Source: Octopus sinensis
Taxonomy: Eukaryota
Reading direction: 5' to 3'
Length of the DNA stretch: 12,864 nucleotides
Assembly: GCF_006345805.1 (NCBI RefSeq)
Contig: NW_021826471.1
Span: 1-12,864, forward strand
The translations under genes and the position numbers were made by a program. The notes under the pieces are model-generated. The model was not told the origin of the DNA, did no database searches, and worked only from the letters and a program-made list of their open reading frames with translations. Within the stretch, counting starts at the first letter, position 1, and each line of letters starts with the position of its first letter. Positions 1 to 8,950 of this stretch are shown here, piece after piece.

Positions 1-478
1 ATCTATCTATCCTGTCCTGCTTGATCTCTTGATCTCTACATCACTCTCTCTCTCTCTCTCCCTCTTTCTATGTATACCTCTCTACCTCTCTACATCCCTG
101 TCTCTCACCGTCTCTGACTGTCTCTGCTGACCAGCCTCATCTCTTAATCTCTCTTTCTTTGCATCTCTCTAATCCTCTATCCTTCTATAGCTGTCTGTCT
201 CTCTCCTCTTCTCTCAACTTCTCTGTCTCTCTCTGCCTTTCTCTCTTTCTCCCTCCCCTGCTCACTCTATCTTCCTGCCTATCTTTGTATCTCACTATAT
301 ATTTCTATAGCTCTATTCCCCCCCTCAGCCTCTGTCTCTGTATATATATATTTCTCTCCTCTCCCCTCTTCTCTCTCCCTCTCTTTCTCTCCTCTCCCCT
401 CTCTCTCTCCTCTTTCCTCTTCTCTCTCCCTCTTTTACTCTCCTCTTTCTCTCCCTACCTCCATCCCTCTTCTCTCAT
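1..478. repeat. CT-rich low-complexity polypyrimidine tract, degenerate (CT)n
   Basis: Almost purely C/T with ctct runs. It explains the L/S-rich spurious ORF 159..695. Confidence 0.9.
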
Positions 479-581
479 GGTAATACCCAAATCAACAATG
501 GCTAATAATAAAGGACAGCCAACACCAGGCAGTAGGAGGGGGGGATGGATGAATCACCAGGAGGGTGTAGAGAGGTGGACA

Positions 582-582
<1 letters not shown>

Positions 583-629
<47 letters not shown>
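583..629. repeat. (CA)n microsatellite
   Basis: Perfect CA dinucleotide run. Confidence 0.95.
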
Positions 630-630
<1 letters not shown>

Positions 631-1062
631 AAACAAACACATGTATACATCCTTACCATTATCTCTCTGGTCACTATTACACTGGGGTTGTATGAAGTGG
701 CACAGCTAATTAACATCATCATCATGGGAGCTTCAGTGTAGTTGCTTGATCTGCTAAAAATAGCAGCCAAGTTTCACTTAAACTGTTTCCCCACTGGCTC
801 ACAGAAAAAAAAAAAAAAGGAAATGAAGAACACATCAGATAATGTTGCTCAGAGTATATTGTTTCTTGATAAAAAGGATTGGATGGTCATATTTGGAGGG
901 CCTTTGATCATTGGTCTGCTGAATCTGGACTGATCGGCGGGCGATCAGGGAGTAAAGAACATCCCTCATTGCCACAGCCCCGCCACTGTCATATCATGAA
1001 TGACCATGGTTCCAGCGACATCACCTTTCAATCTCTGCAGCTACTTTTATTATGATTGATTG

Positions 1063-1282
1063 CCATCACTACCATCCCCATCATTCATCATCATCACCAT
1101 CATTCATCATCACCATCATTCATCATCATCACCATCATTCATCATCACCACCATCATTCATCTTCGCCACCGTCCCCATCGTCAACATCATTACCGTCAC
1201 CTTCACCACCATCACCACTACCAACAACATTACCATCTTCTTCATCATCACCAACCACCACCACCACCACCATCACCATCAC

Positions 1283-1315
<33 letters not shown>

Positions 1316-1462
1316 GGTTGTCAGCATCATCATCATCATCATCATGGTTGTCATCAATTTCACCATCTTCATCACAATCACCACCACCACCAATATACCA
1401 ATATTTTCTTCTACTTCTAATATCTTCTGCATCACAACCATCATCATCATCATCATCATCAT
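1063..1462. repeat. Compound (CAT)n/(CAC)n trinucleotide microsatellite region
   Basis: Runs of catcat and caccac with degenerate catcattcatcatcac units. Source of the poly-His, poly-Ile and poly-Ser ORFs in all frames. Confidence 0.9.
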
Positions 1463-1681
1463 AATACACTGAAAAGGTCAGCTGTCTTGTTACACTATGA
1501 CCCTTAAAAAAAAAGAGGGAATAATGGAAGCCTCCCTCTCTTTCTGTCCCTTCCCTCCTCCTATTGTTAGAAATACTCCTCCCTTCTCCCTGTATTTTCC
1601 CCTTATTTATAATCTTCATCACCCCTTTCTCTATCGTTTTTTTTCCTTCTTGTTTTTCATATATAATACATACATATATAG

Positions 1682-1721
1682 GCGACAACTAGTTTGTCCC
1701 TTATTTACTGTCTCCTGTAAG
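1682..1721 (+). CDS. Candidate 40-nt cassette exon A of an unidentified gene; (R)RQLVCPLFTVSCK in the phase 2 to 0 frame
   Basis: AG at 1680-1681 after a ~110-nt AG-free zone with a T-rich tract (1621-1659). Donor AAG|GTATGA at 1722. Only one frame is stop-free. No homology recognised. Confidence 0.35.
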
Positions 1722-1823
1722 GTATGACCTTAGTTGGCCCCTTTTTTTTTTTCATTCTTTACCTAGCAGGAAAGTCCCAAGTATAATCGTTTGACCTTGT
1801 CCCCTATTCCTGTTTCATCTTAG

Positions 1824-1905
1824 GTGTGACCCCGAACATCATTACCTACTTACAGTGGAGGGTTGGGGGTGTCCCCCCCTCCGATATTGCCTAGGGATGA
1901 CAAGA
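1824..1905 (+). CDS. Candidate 82-nt cassette exon B; (x)CDPEHHYLLTVEGWGCPPLRYCLGMTR in the phase 2 to 0 frame
   Basis: Branch-like TTGAC (1791-1795), pyrimidine tract cctattcctgtttcatcttAG, donor AGA|GTAAGC at 1906. GC-richer unique sequence. Only one frame is stop-free. Confidence 0.4.
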
Positions 1906-2023
1906 GTAAGCGTGGGCCAGGAAAATAGTGCTAGGGGAGGTTACCACCACCACCACTACCATTCACACACCCTGCTTACAAACCTGGTGCACATTTATAT
2001 CTCATTATTATTATTATCATCAG

Positions 2024-2067
2024 AATTTCTGGCCTTTTGCCTATAGAAGAAAGGATCATTATTATCA

Positions 2068-2104
<37 letters not shown>

Positions 2105-2176
2105 GATTATTATTATTATTATTATTATGATTATTATTATTATTATTATTATTATTATTGCTATTATTATCATTAT
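2024..2176 (+). mobile_element. 3'-terminal fragment of SINE family B plus long (ATT)n tail
   Basis: aatttctggccttttgcctatagaagaaagg matches the 3' end of the copy at 2433-2652 (aaatttcaggccttgtgcctatactagaaaag). About 120 nt of (ATT)n follow. Confidence 0.65.
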
Positions 2177-2178
2177 AA

Positions 2179-2388
2179 AGGTATCAAACAGGTAGAATTG
2201 TTAGCAAGCCAGGCCAAAGGCTGAGCAGTGTTTTGTCTGTCTTTACGTTCTGGGTTTAGATTCTGCTGTGGTTTACTTCGTCTTTCATCCTTTCGGGGTT
2301 GATAAAATTAGTACCAGTTACGCACTGGGGTTGATGCAATTGACTCACCCCCTCCCCCAAAATACTGCCCTTGTGACAAAACGTGAAA

Positions 2389-2422
<34 letters not shown>
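2179..2422 (+). mobile_element. tRNA-derived SINE family B (octopus-type), diverged copy with (ATT)n tail
   Basis: Aligns with the neighbouring copy 2433-2652, sharing tctttcatcctttcggggttgataaaattagtaccagtt...ctggggttgatgcaattgac. Decayed A/B boxes. (ATT)n tail at 2390-2422. Confidence 0.8.
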
Positions 2423-2432
2423 TTAATATTAA

Positions 2433-2652
2433 GGTGGCGAGCTGGCAGAATCATTAGCACGTTGGACAAAATGCTTAGCAGTATTTTGCCCATCTGGGTT
2501 CAAATTCCGCCAAGGTCGACTTTGCCTTTCATCCTTTCAAGGTTGATAAAATAAGCACCAGTTATACATTGGGGTTGATGTAATCAACTTAATCCCTCCC
2601 TTCAAATTTCAGGCCTTGTGCCTATACTAGAAAAGATTATCATTATTATTAT
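2433..2652 (+). mobile_element. tRNA-derived SINE family B (octopus-type) with (ATT)n tail
   Basis: A-box-like TGGCAGAATCA and B-box GGTTCAAATTCC. The central gtcgactttgcctttcatcctttcaaggttgataaaataagcaccag resembles the Nin/Deu-type SINE core (from recall, not aligned). ATT tail. Confidence 0.85.
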
Positions 2653-2830
2653 TTCATTTTTGATTTGTGGCTTACAAGATTCTTTATGTGAACTCATGTG
2701 TTGAAGCATATTTTACTGTGTCTAGGGAGGGTCATTCTCTTTCAGTGCCTTATTAATTTAACACACTCATTGGTCTGATTTCCACTCATTTACTTATTAT
2801 TCATCTTGGCTTCATGCACTTCCAACTTCT

Positions 2831-3078
2831 GGATTACCTGCAACTCTTGATGCTTGGTAGATTTCCTGCAACTATTAACATCTTGGTTTCCTGCAACTAT
2901 CAGTATAATATACTGAAAAAGTCTTTGGTTGATTTATACATCTGCTTCCTGCAAGAATCATTGATAGAAATAGGCATTGATCTCTCTTTGGTCAACCATA
3001 CATCTTGGTTTCCTGCAAGCAGCAGTGATATAATGGGGGAGTTTTGGGTCAACTGTACATGTCTGTTTCCTGCAAGAA
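2831..3078. repeat. Degenerate minisatellite, ~57-64 nt period, core (A)CATCTTGGTTTCCTGCAA
   Basis: CCTGCAA at 2837, 2865, 2890, 2948, 3012 and 3069. The last three units share tttggtcaac..tacatc..gtttcctgcaag. Confidence 0.75.
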
Positions 3079-3884
3079 GTCCTTATTGAGACAAAGTTTA
3101 AAGCACGTATTACAAATATTATGCTTTTGTGAGTATGAGTATGTCTGTGTTCCCATGTTGGTAGGAGTATGTCTCTGGGTCCACATGCATCTGTGATTTT
3201 ATATATGTGTGTATGTATGAATCTAATGTGCATGTGTGTGTCTGCATATATACACCTACACACACATAGTTACACACACGTGCGTGTGTGCGCACACACA
3301 CACACAGCCATATTGACAGATGTATATTTATAGTAACATGAAGATGCATTTCCTAAGAAACCCCGGTTGCCCATCACCACCTCTACCAATCCTATCATGA
3401 CCACCTCCATCATCAGCATTCTTATAACCGCTACCACCATTACAGCGCTTTCTCTGAACCACTCCAGTGCCAACCCAATCCTGACACTCACCTGTCACCT
3501 TGTATTAGCAGGTTACCTGGGTGTCAATGACTGTGTTATATTTGAATGACAAACACGAACGCTGTGTGGTGGCACCGGTGGTAATGGGTGTCTGTGTCGA
3601 CTGAGTATGTCCAAACACTCATGTACATATGTCTGTGTGTGTTGTCTTTCAATATCCAAGAGCCTAGAGTTTTCATAGCATGTAAGCATTCGCCGTGTAA
3701 TTGGTGTGTGTGTATGTGTGTGTGGTGTGTGTGTGTGCACTTGTGCGCATGTTGCATTTCATCGTCATCGTCATCGTTACTATTATTATTGTCATCATCA
3801 TAGTCACCATTTTTGTTTTAATGTAGACTTTGTCCCTTATTGTATTTGACTGTAATAGGTGTACAGTAAGCACATAAATATTCA

Positions 3885-4062
3885 CACACACATTCATGCA
3901 CATGCACACACACATACACACACATTCATGGACACACGCACACATTCATGCACGTGCACACACACATACACACACATTCATGGACACACGCACACATTCA
4001 TGCACGTGCACACATACGCACATTCATGCACACACACATTCATGCACAAGCACACACATATA
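3885..4062. repeat. CA-microsatellite-derived minisatellite (cacacattcatg units, 52-nt higher-order repeat)
   Basis: ttcatggacacacgcacacattcatgcacgtgcacaca occurs at 3925 and 3977. Confidence 0.85.
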
Positions 4063-4146
4063 TTGATCACAATTCATGTTTATGTTCATATATGTGCATG
4101 GCGGTCACGTGTACCCTATTTTTATATAAATATATATATATGTAAA

Positions 4147-4186
<40 letters not shown>

Positions 4187-4208
4187 CACATACACACAAA
4201 CACATGTT

Positions 4209-4380
4209 ATCATCATTTAACGTCCGTTGTCCATGCTGGCCATGGGTTGTACAGTTTGACCAGGGCTGGTGAACTGGAAAGACTGCACCAGGCTCCTGTC
4301 TGATTTGGCATGGTTTCTATGGCTCTGTGCCCTTCCTGACGCCAGTCACTCCGAGAGTGTAATGGGTGCTTTTCTGTGTC
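4209..4380 (-). mobile_element. RTE-clade LINE (or non-autonomous derivative) 3'-end fragment
   Basis: Reverse-complement match to 10777-10961 and direct match to 8308-8537 (catcatttaacgtccg..ccatgctggc.atgggttg; cactccgagag). (GAT)n tail on the - strand. Resembles REX3/RTE-type 3' ends (recall). Confidence 0.75.
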
Positions 4381-4612
4381 GAAACTCTTCACAAACTGTT
4401 ACTCAGAGTTTCACATTCCTGTTTATTGGATAAGTATGATCACAACTCTCCTACAAATAGTAAATCTGAAAATTTGAAAAACAATTTCTGAAGATTTTTT
4501 TCAGCTTCATTAAAAGCATATATTACTCTACCTTTGGTATTCGAGTACTATTTTAACCACCTTGTTTTGTGCTTATTCGTGTATATATATACTAATGTGA
4601 GTGTATATGTAG

Positions 4613-4652
<40 letters not shown>

Positions 4653-4654
<2 letters not shown>

Positions 4655-4983
4655 GTGACCCCCTTTGGTCATTAATGACCATGGAATTGCACCTAGAAAG
4701 TTCCCCTCCAACGCACAAGTCCAGACAAGGTTGTTTTATGGAAGACCAGCAGTTGCCCATGCATACCAGCCTCCCCTCTCCACGCCACTGATGTTATCCA
4801 AGAGAAGAGCAACGGTCAATACAGCTTGGCATCAGTGGCATCACAACTCAGCTGGGTGAACTGGAGTAAAGTGAAATAAAGTGTCTTGCTCAAGAACACA
4901 ACACACAGCCTGGTCCAGGAATCGAATTCACAACCTCACGATCGTAAGATCGACATTCTAACCACTGAGCCATAAACCTTCAC
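4653..4983 (-). mobile_element. tRNA-derived SINE family C, near full length
   Basis: On the - strand: A box TGGCTCAGTGG (4972-4962), B box GAATTCGATTCC (4929-4918), then CORE/V-like TTGTGTTCTTGAGCAAGACACTTTA. Flanked by (TA)n on both sides. Confidence 0.85.
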
Positions 4984-5006
4984 TTATATATATATATATA
5001 TATATA

Positions 5007-5200
5007 GATGGATCGCCATGATAGATTGCTAGCCAGTACACATTCTTTATTTTCTCTCCTTGTTTCCTTCTGTGAAAGAGCGTAGGCTCGAAACATTAAA
5101 GACTTTCTCACTTCCCAAGTGTTAAACTAATACATCTGTTTGTTGTCCACACCACCTGTCTTCGTGTTTTATTTTTGTTTTTTTGTGATATTCTCCTTAT
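5007..5200 (+). mobile_element. Probable Penelope-like element terminal (pLTR) fragment with hammerhead-like motif
   Basis: CTGTGAAA-GAGC-GTAG-GCTC-GAAAC (5070-5094) has the CTG..GA-hairpin-CGAAAC form typical of Penelope-like termini. T-rich downstream sequence, inserted in (TA)n. Confidence 0.5.
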
Positions 5201-5208
5201 ATATATAT

Positions 5209-5397
5209 GAAACAAAGGCGACTGAAGAAGGGGAATTTTCCTTGTTTTGTATGTCCTGTACTCTATTTTTTCGTTGTTTAAGAAAACTGTCCATTTCCTT
5301 GGTTTTGTGTTTATGTTTTCGTTTCTCATTGTGTTCGACGTTATTTTGGTGTCCTGTACCCATATATGCATGTATATATACATGTAGAGGTAGGTAC

Positions 5398-5402
<5 letters not shown>
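5209..5402. repeat. Unclassified interspersed repeat fragment between (TA)n tracts (possibly Penelope-like)
   Basis: Bounded by TA runs. Contains CTGAAGAAGGGGA and ends gtcctgtacccatatatgcatgtatatatacatgtagaggtaggtacgtac, which I recall as a common octopus repeat. There is no second copy in the window. Confidence 0.35.
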
Positions 5403-5440
<38 letters not shown>

Positions 5441-5568
5441 AAGATAGACAGACAGATACACTCATTAATATATATATATATATATATATATAATTATATA
5501 TATTATGTAGATAATATATATATATATATATATATTATAGTAAGATAGACAGACAGATACACTCATTA

Positions 5569-5569
<1 letters not shown>
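5441..5569. repeat. Local direct duplication: 28-nt core aagatagacagacagatacactcattaa plus (TA)n, period 101
   Basis: Identical core at 5441-5468 and 5542-5569. Confidence 0.9.
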
Positions 5570-5603
<34 letters not shown>

Positions 5604-6151
5604 TCATTTATAGGTATATATGTATGTGTGTATGTATGTAATGTGTGTAAGCTGTGTGACAATATTCCATACTGTTGTTGTGACCCCCTGCCTGTGTTTA
5701 TTAACCAAGTATAATAATGGTAAAGTGTAGAAAGACCAATTGTTTTTGGAGACAGACCAGTGCTGACTTGGCCACCTATGGCAATGGGAAATACTAAAAA
5801 AAAAAACAAAAAAAACATACACACACACACATATATAAGATAATAACATAAAAACCTCTAACACCTTCCTTATGGCTCAGTAACCTACATCTTACATCAC
5901 AAAGCCACCACCACCACGTCCACTGCCATCATTATCATTATCATCTCTACATCTACTAGCACCACCACAACCACCACTTATACTACTACCGGCGCTACCA
6001 CTCCCAGACAGTCACAGAACTACAGTGTTTTGAGAGAATGGAGTATAGAGAACAGTAGAACAATAGCCGTTCTGCTGCAATTAGGCTTGTCAACTTTATT
6101 TATAGGTACAAACACACAGGGATGTTAATACAATGTTATACATACATATGC

Positions 6152-6190
<39 letters not shown>

Positions 6191-6378
6191 ATACACATAC
6201 ACATACACACACACACATACGTATGTTTATACAAAAATGTGTGTGTTTGGATACATGTACATACTTATATACATACACATAGTTTGTTCTTTAATTTTGT
6301 ACACATAGATATAAATCTGTGTATACATACAAGATGTGTGTATATGTGTGTGTGTTTGTGTATATAAATATATATATA

Positions 6379-6540
6379 GGTGCAGGATTGGCTGTGTGGT
6401 AAGTAGCTTGCTTACCAACCACATGACTCCTGGTTCAGTCCCACTGCGTGGCACCTTGGGCTAGTGTCTTCTGCTATTGCCTCCAGCCGACCAAAGCCTT
6501 GTGAGTGGATTTGGCACACGGAAACTGAAAGAAGCCTGTC

Positions 6541-6575
<35 letters not shown>

Positions 6576-6788
6576 CGTGTGTTTGTGTGTCTGTGTCTGT
6601 CCCTTCACCATCACTTGGCAACCGATGTTGGTGTGTTTACATCCTCATAACTTAGTGGTTCGGCAAAAGAAACCGATAGAATAAGTACTAGGCTCACAAA
6701 GAATAAGTCCTGAAGTCGATTTGTTTGACTAAAGGCGATGCTCCAGCATGGCCGCACTCAAGTGACTGAAACAAGTAAAAGAGTAAAT
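6379..6788 (+). mobile_element. tRNA-derived SINE family A (octopus-type), full length with internal (TA)/(TG) microsatellite
   Basis: A box TGGCTGTGTGG (6389-6399), B box GGTTCAGTCCC (6432-6442), CORE-like GCACCTTGGGCTAGTGTCTT, and 3' end gctccagcatggccgca..gactgaaacaagtaaaagagta. Homologous to four other copies in the window. Confidence 0.9.
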
Positions 6789-6944
6789 GAATATAGCTAT
6801 ACACACACACACACATATATATATGAGAATTACAAGTGTAAAAATCTGTCGAAACAATTCTAGTGATTTTAAATAAATTGTTCAGTCCATTTTCTATTAT
6901 ATCTCTTTCCCTCTATCTCTCTCTATCTATCTATTTGTCTATAT

Positions 6945-6946
6945 AT

Positions 6947-6988
<42 letters not shown>

Positions 6989-7098
6989 ATAGATAAAGAC
7001 ATGCAGGAGAGAAAAAGTGTATAGTTATATTTGTGTATGTATATATAATATATATATGTGTTCGTGAGTGTGTGTGTGTGCATATATAATATATATAT

Positions 7099-7132
<34 letters not shown>
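6945..7132. repeat. (GT)n/(TA)n compound microsatellites
   Basis: Long GT runs at about 6945-6987 and 7095-7132 with a TA-rich spacer. Confidence 0.9.
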
Positions 7133-7135
<3 letters not shown>

Positions 7136-7589
7136 TAAGCGGACAAATGAAAGAATGAAGCACACAATACATTTCGTGGGGGTTACATATATCATTTAGT
7201 AACTGTTTGATTTGGCTCCAAGCAGCTTAATGTGTGTATGTGTATGTATGCATACACACCACACACACACACACACACGCATTGCTGATATCTTTAATCC
7301 TGGGCCAGATTTGAACCACCAAAAGCATACTATATCTAGGGCTTCATTACTGATATGTACTTCTGCTTGTTTTCTTTTTTTCTTTTCTTTCATTTATTAA
7401 AATGGTAGAGTGTGATTGAAGGAAAATACGACTGCTATTTCTTTAAAGACAAGCGACCTCATACTCGGTGTCTTGGTGGCTTGTAGACATGTGTTCTGTA
7501 TGTGTGTCTATGTGCATCACTTTTTTCTCTCTATATATGTATGTGTGCATATCTGTGTATGCATATTTATGCGTATAATTCTATCTATC

Positions 7590-7602
7590 TATATAATATT
7601 AT

Positions 7603-7661
<59 letters not shown>

Positions 7662-7898
7662 AACATTATATATTAATGTATATAATATATAGTATATATA
7701 TATATATATATATATCTATGATATACATTTATATATATATATTATAAATATACATTTATATATAATACCATATATATAATTTTATATATATATATATAGA
7801 CATATAATATACATACATATCCTACATATATATTTATAGATGATATATATGATATATACATACATATAATAATATATATATACATATATATATATAAT

Positions 7899-7961
<63 letters not shown>

Positions 7962-8112
7962 AAGACACTATATATATTATATATATATATAATATATATA
8001 TATATATAATATATATAAAACATATATATAATATACATACATACATACATATATATTATACATAATACATACATACATACATATATATATACATATAATA
8101 CATACATACATA
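7590..8112. repeat. Extended imperfect (TA)n/(TACA)n tract
   Basis: About 500 nt of nearly pure A/T alternation with interspersed C. Confidence 0.9.
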
Positions 8113-8307
8113 GATTTCATAGTATTTCTAAAACGATAATATTATTTATATGCTCTATACTCTGTATACATACCGGCTTATTCATACATATCTGTGGGTG
8201 TATATCCTTATTTGTGTTTGGTATACTGTGAATTACATCTGTATATAAATATATGTATCTATAATGTATATATATATATATATATATATAATCATATCAT
8301 ACATCAG

Positions 8308-8537
8308 CATCATCAGTTTAACGTCCGCTTTTCCTGCTAGCATGGGTTGGAACGGTTTACTGGGGTCTGGGGAGCCCAAAGCTGCACCAGTCCATCAATC
8401 GGCAGTGTTTTTCTACAGCTGTGGGTGTATTGCCTTTCCTAACGCCAACCACTCCGAGAGTTATAGTGGGTGATTTAATGTGCCATCGACACAGGTGCCA
8501 GACGAGGCTTGCAAACGCCATATGGTGTTTTTATATG
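8308..8537 (-). mobile_element. RTE-clade LINE (or derivative) 3'-end fragment
   Basis: catcatcagtttaacgtccgcttttcctgctagcatgggttgg...tttctacagctg...ttcctaacgccaaccactccgagag. Homologous to 4209-4380 and, inverted, to 10777-10961. Confidence 0.78.
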
Positions 8538-8950
8538 TAAGATATATCCATATACGTCAATGTGTTGTGGGTACCAGATAGTTCTACCTAATAGAAATCG
8601 TATGACATTACATATACTGGCATTTCTGTCACTCTATCTCTCTCTCTCTCTCTTTCTGTTTTTTTTGTTTTTCCTTTGGAGGGTAATGCTCTACATTCCC
8701 AGGATCAAATCCCAGAGGAGAGAGGAAAGAAAACATTGGGCTTCGTTTTCTGCAGCATAAACCGAACAGGTTATCCATTCATCCCTTGTCACACCACTTT
8801 TGTTTTAACAAAGATTCTCTTATATCCGACATGGAAATCACACGCAGACACACACACACACACACACACACATGCCTGTGCGCGCGCACGTATTTGAGGT
8901 GGGCGGTTGTACACAGCTTACATGTGTTAAATTCACTTTAGACAACATGT

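Noticed and set aside
995-1010. Short similarity tcatgaatgaccatgg to the SINE family C end (gtcattaatgaccatgg, about 4668-4684)
   Set aside because: The match is about 15 nt with no extension, so it is likely chance.
1052-1472. Poly-His, poly-Ile and poly-Ser/Pro ORFs in several frames
   Set aside because: They are translations of (CAT)/(CAC) repeats that are open in multiple frames on both strands, with no complex protein sequence or splice context.
1846-1890. Minus-strand exon candidate (ccctAG|GCAATATC...CCACT|GTAAGT or ...TAG|GTAATG) overlapping exon B
   Set aside because: It conflicts with the better-supported + strand cluster, which has three acceptors, a branch-like motif and AG-free zones. 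It cannot be excluded without RNA data.
2660-2830. Possible additional interspersed repeat fragment (also 4381-4580)
   Set aside because: It resembles octopus repeats only from memory. There is no second copy or diagnostic motif in the window, so it needs RepeatMasker or BLAST.
2831-3078. CRISPR-like repeat-spacer appearance
   Set aside because: The context is eukaryotic, the repeats are degenerate and irregularly spaced, the linkers are related to each other, and there are no cas genes.
4665-4859. ORFs within the SINE and RTE fragments (4665..4859, 8264..8473, 11654..12184 and similar)
   Set aside because: They are incidental frames in non-coding retroposon or microsatellite sequence, with no RT, endonuclease or transposase motifs.
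4918-4983. tRNA-like A/B box segments here and at 6379-6445 and 2433-2510
   Set aside because: These are SINE heads continuing into repeat bodies with no complete cloverleaf, so they are not tRNA genes.
5674-5775. Minus-strand 102-nt in-frame exon candidate (GGQVSTGLSPKTIGLSTLYHYYTWLINTGRGSQQ)
   Set aside because: It is isolated, has no recognisable homology and lies opposite the other candidates. It fits the expected pseudo-exon background.
7409-7486. Open frame SVIEGKYDCYFFKDKRPHTRCLGGL-stop after a T-rich tract
   Set aside because: The acceptor is purine-rich (aaaatggtAG), there is no convincing donor, and no homology is recognised.
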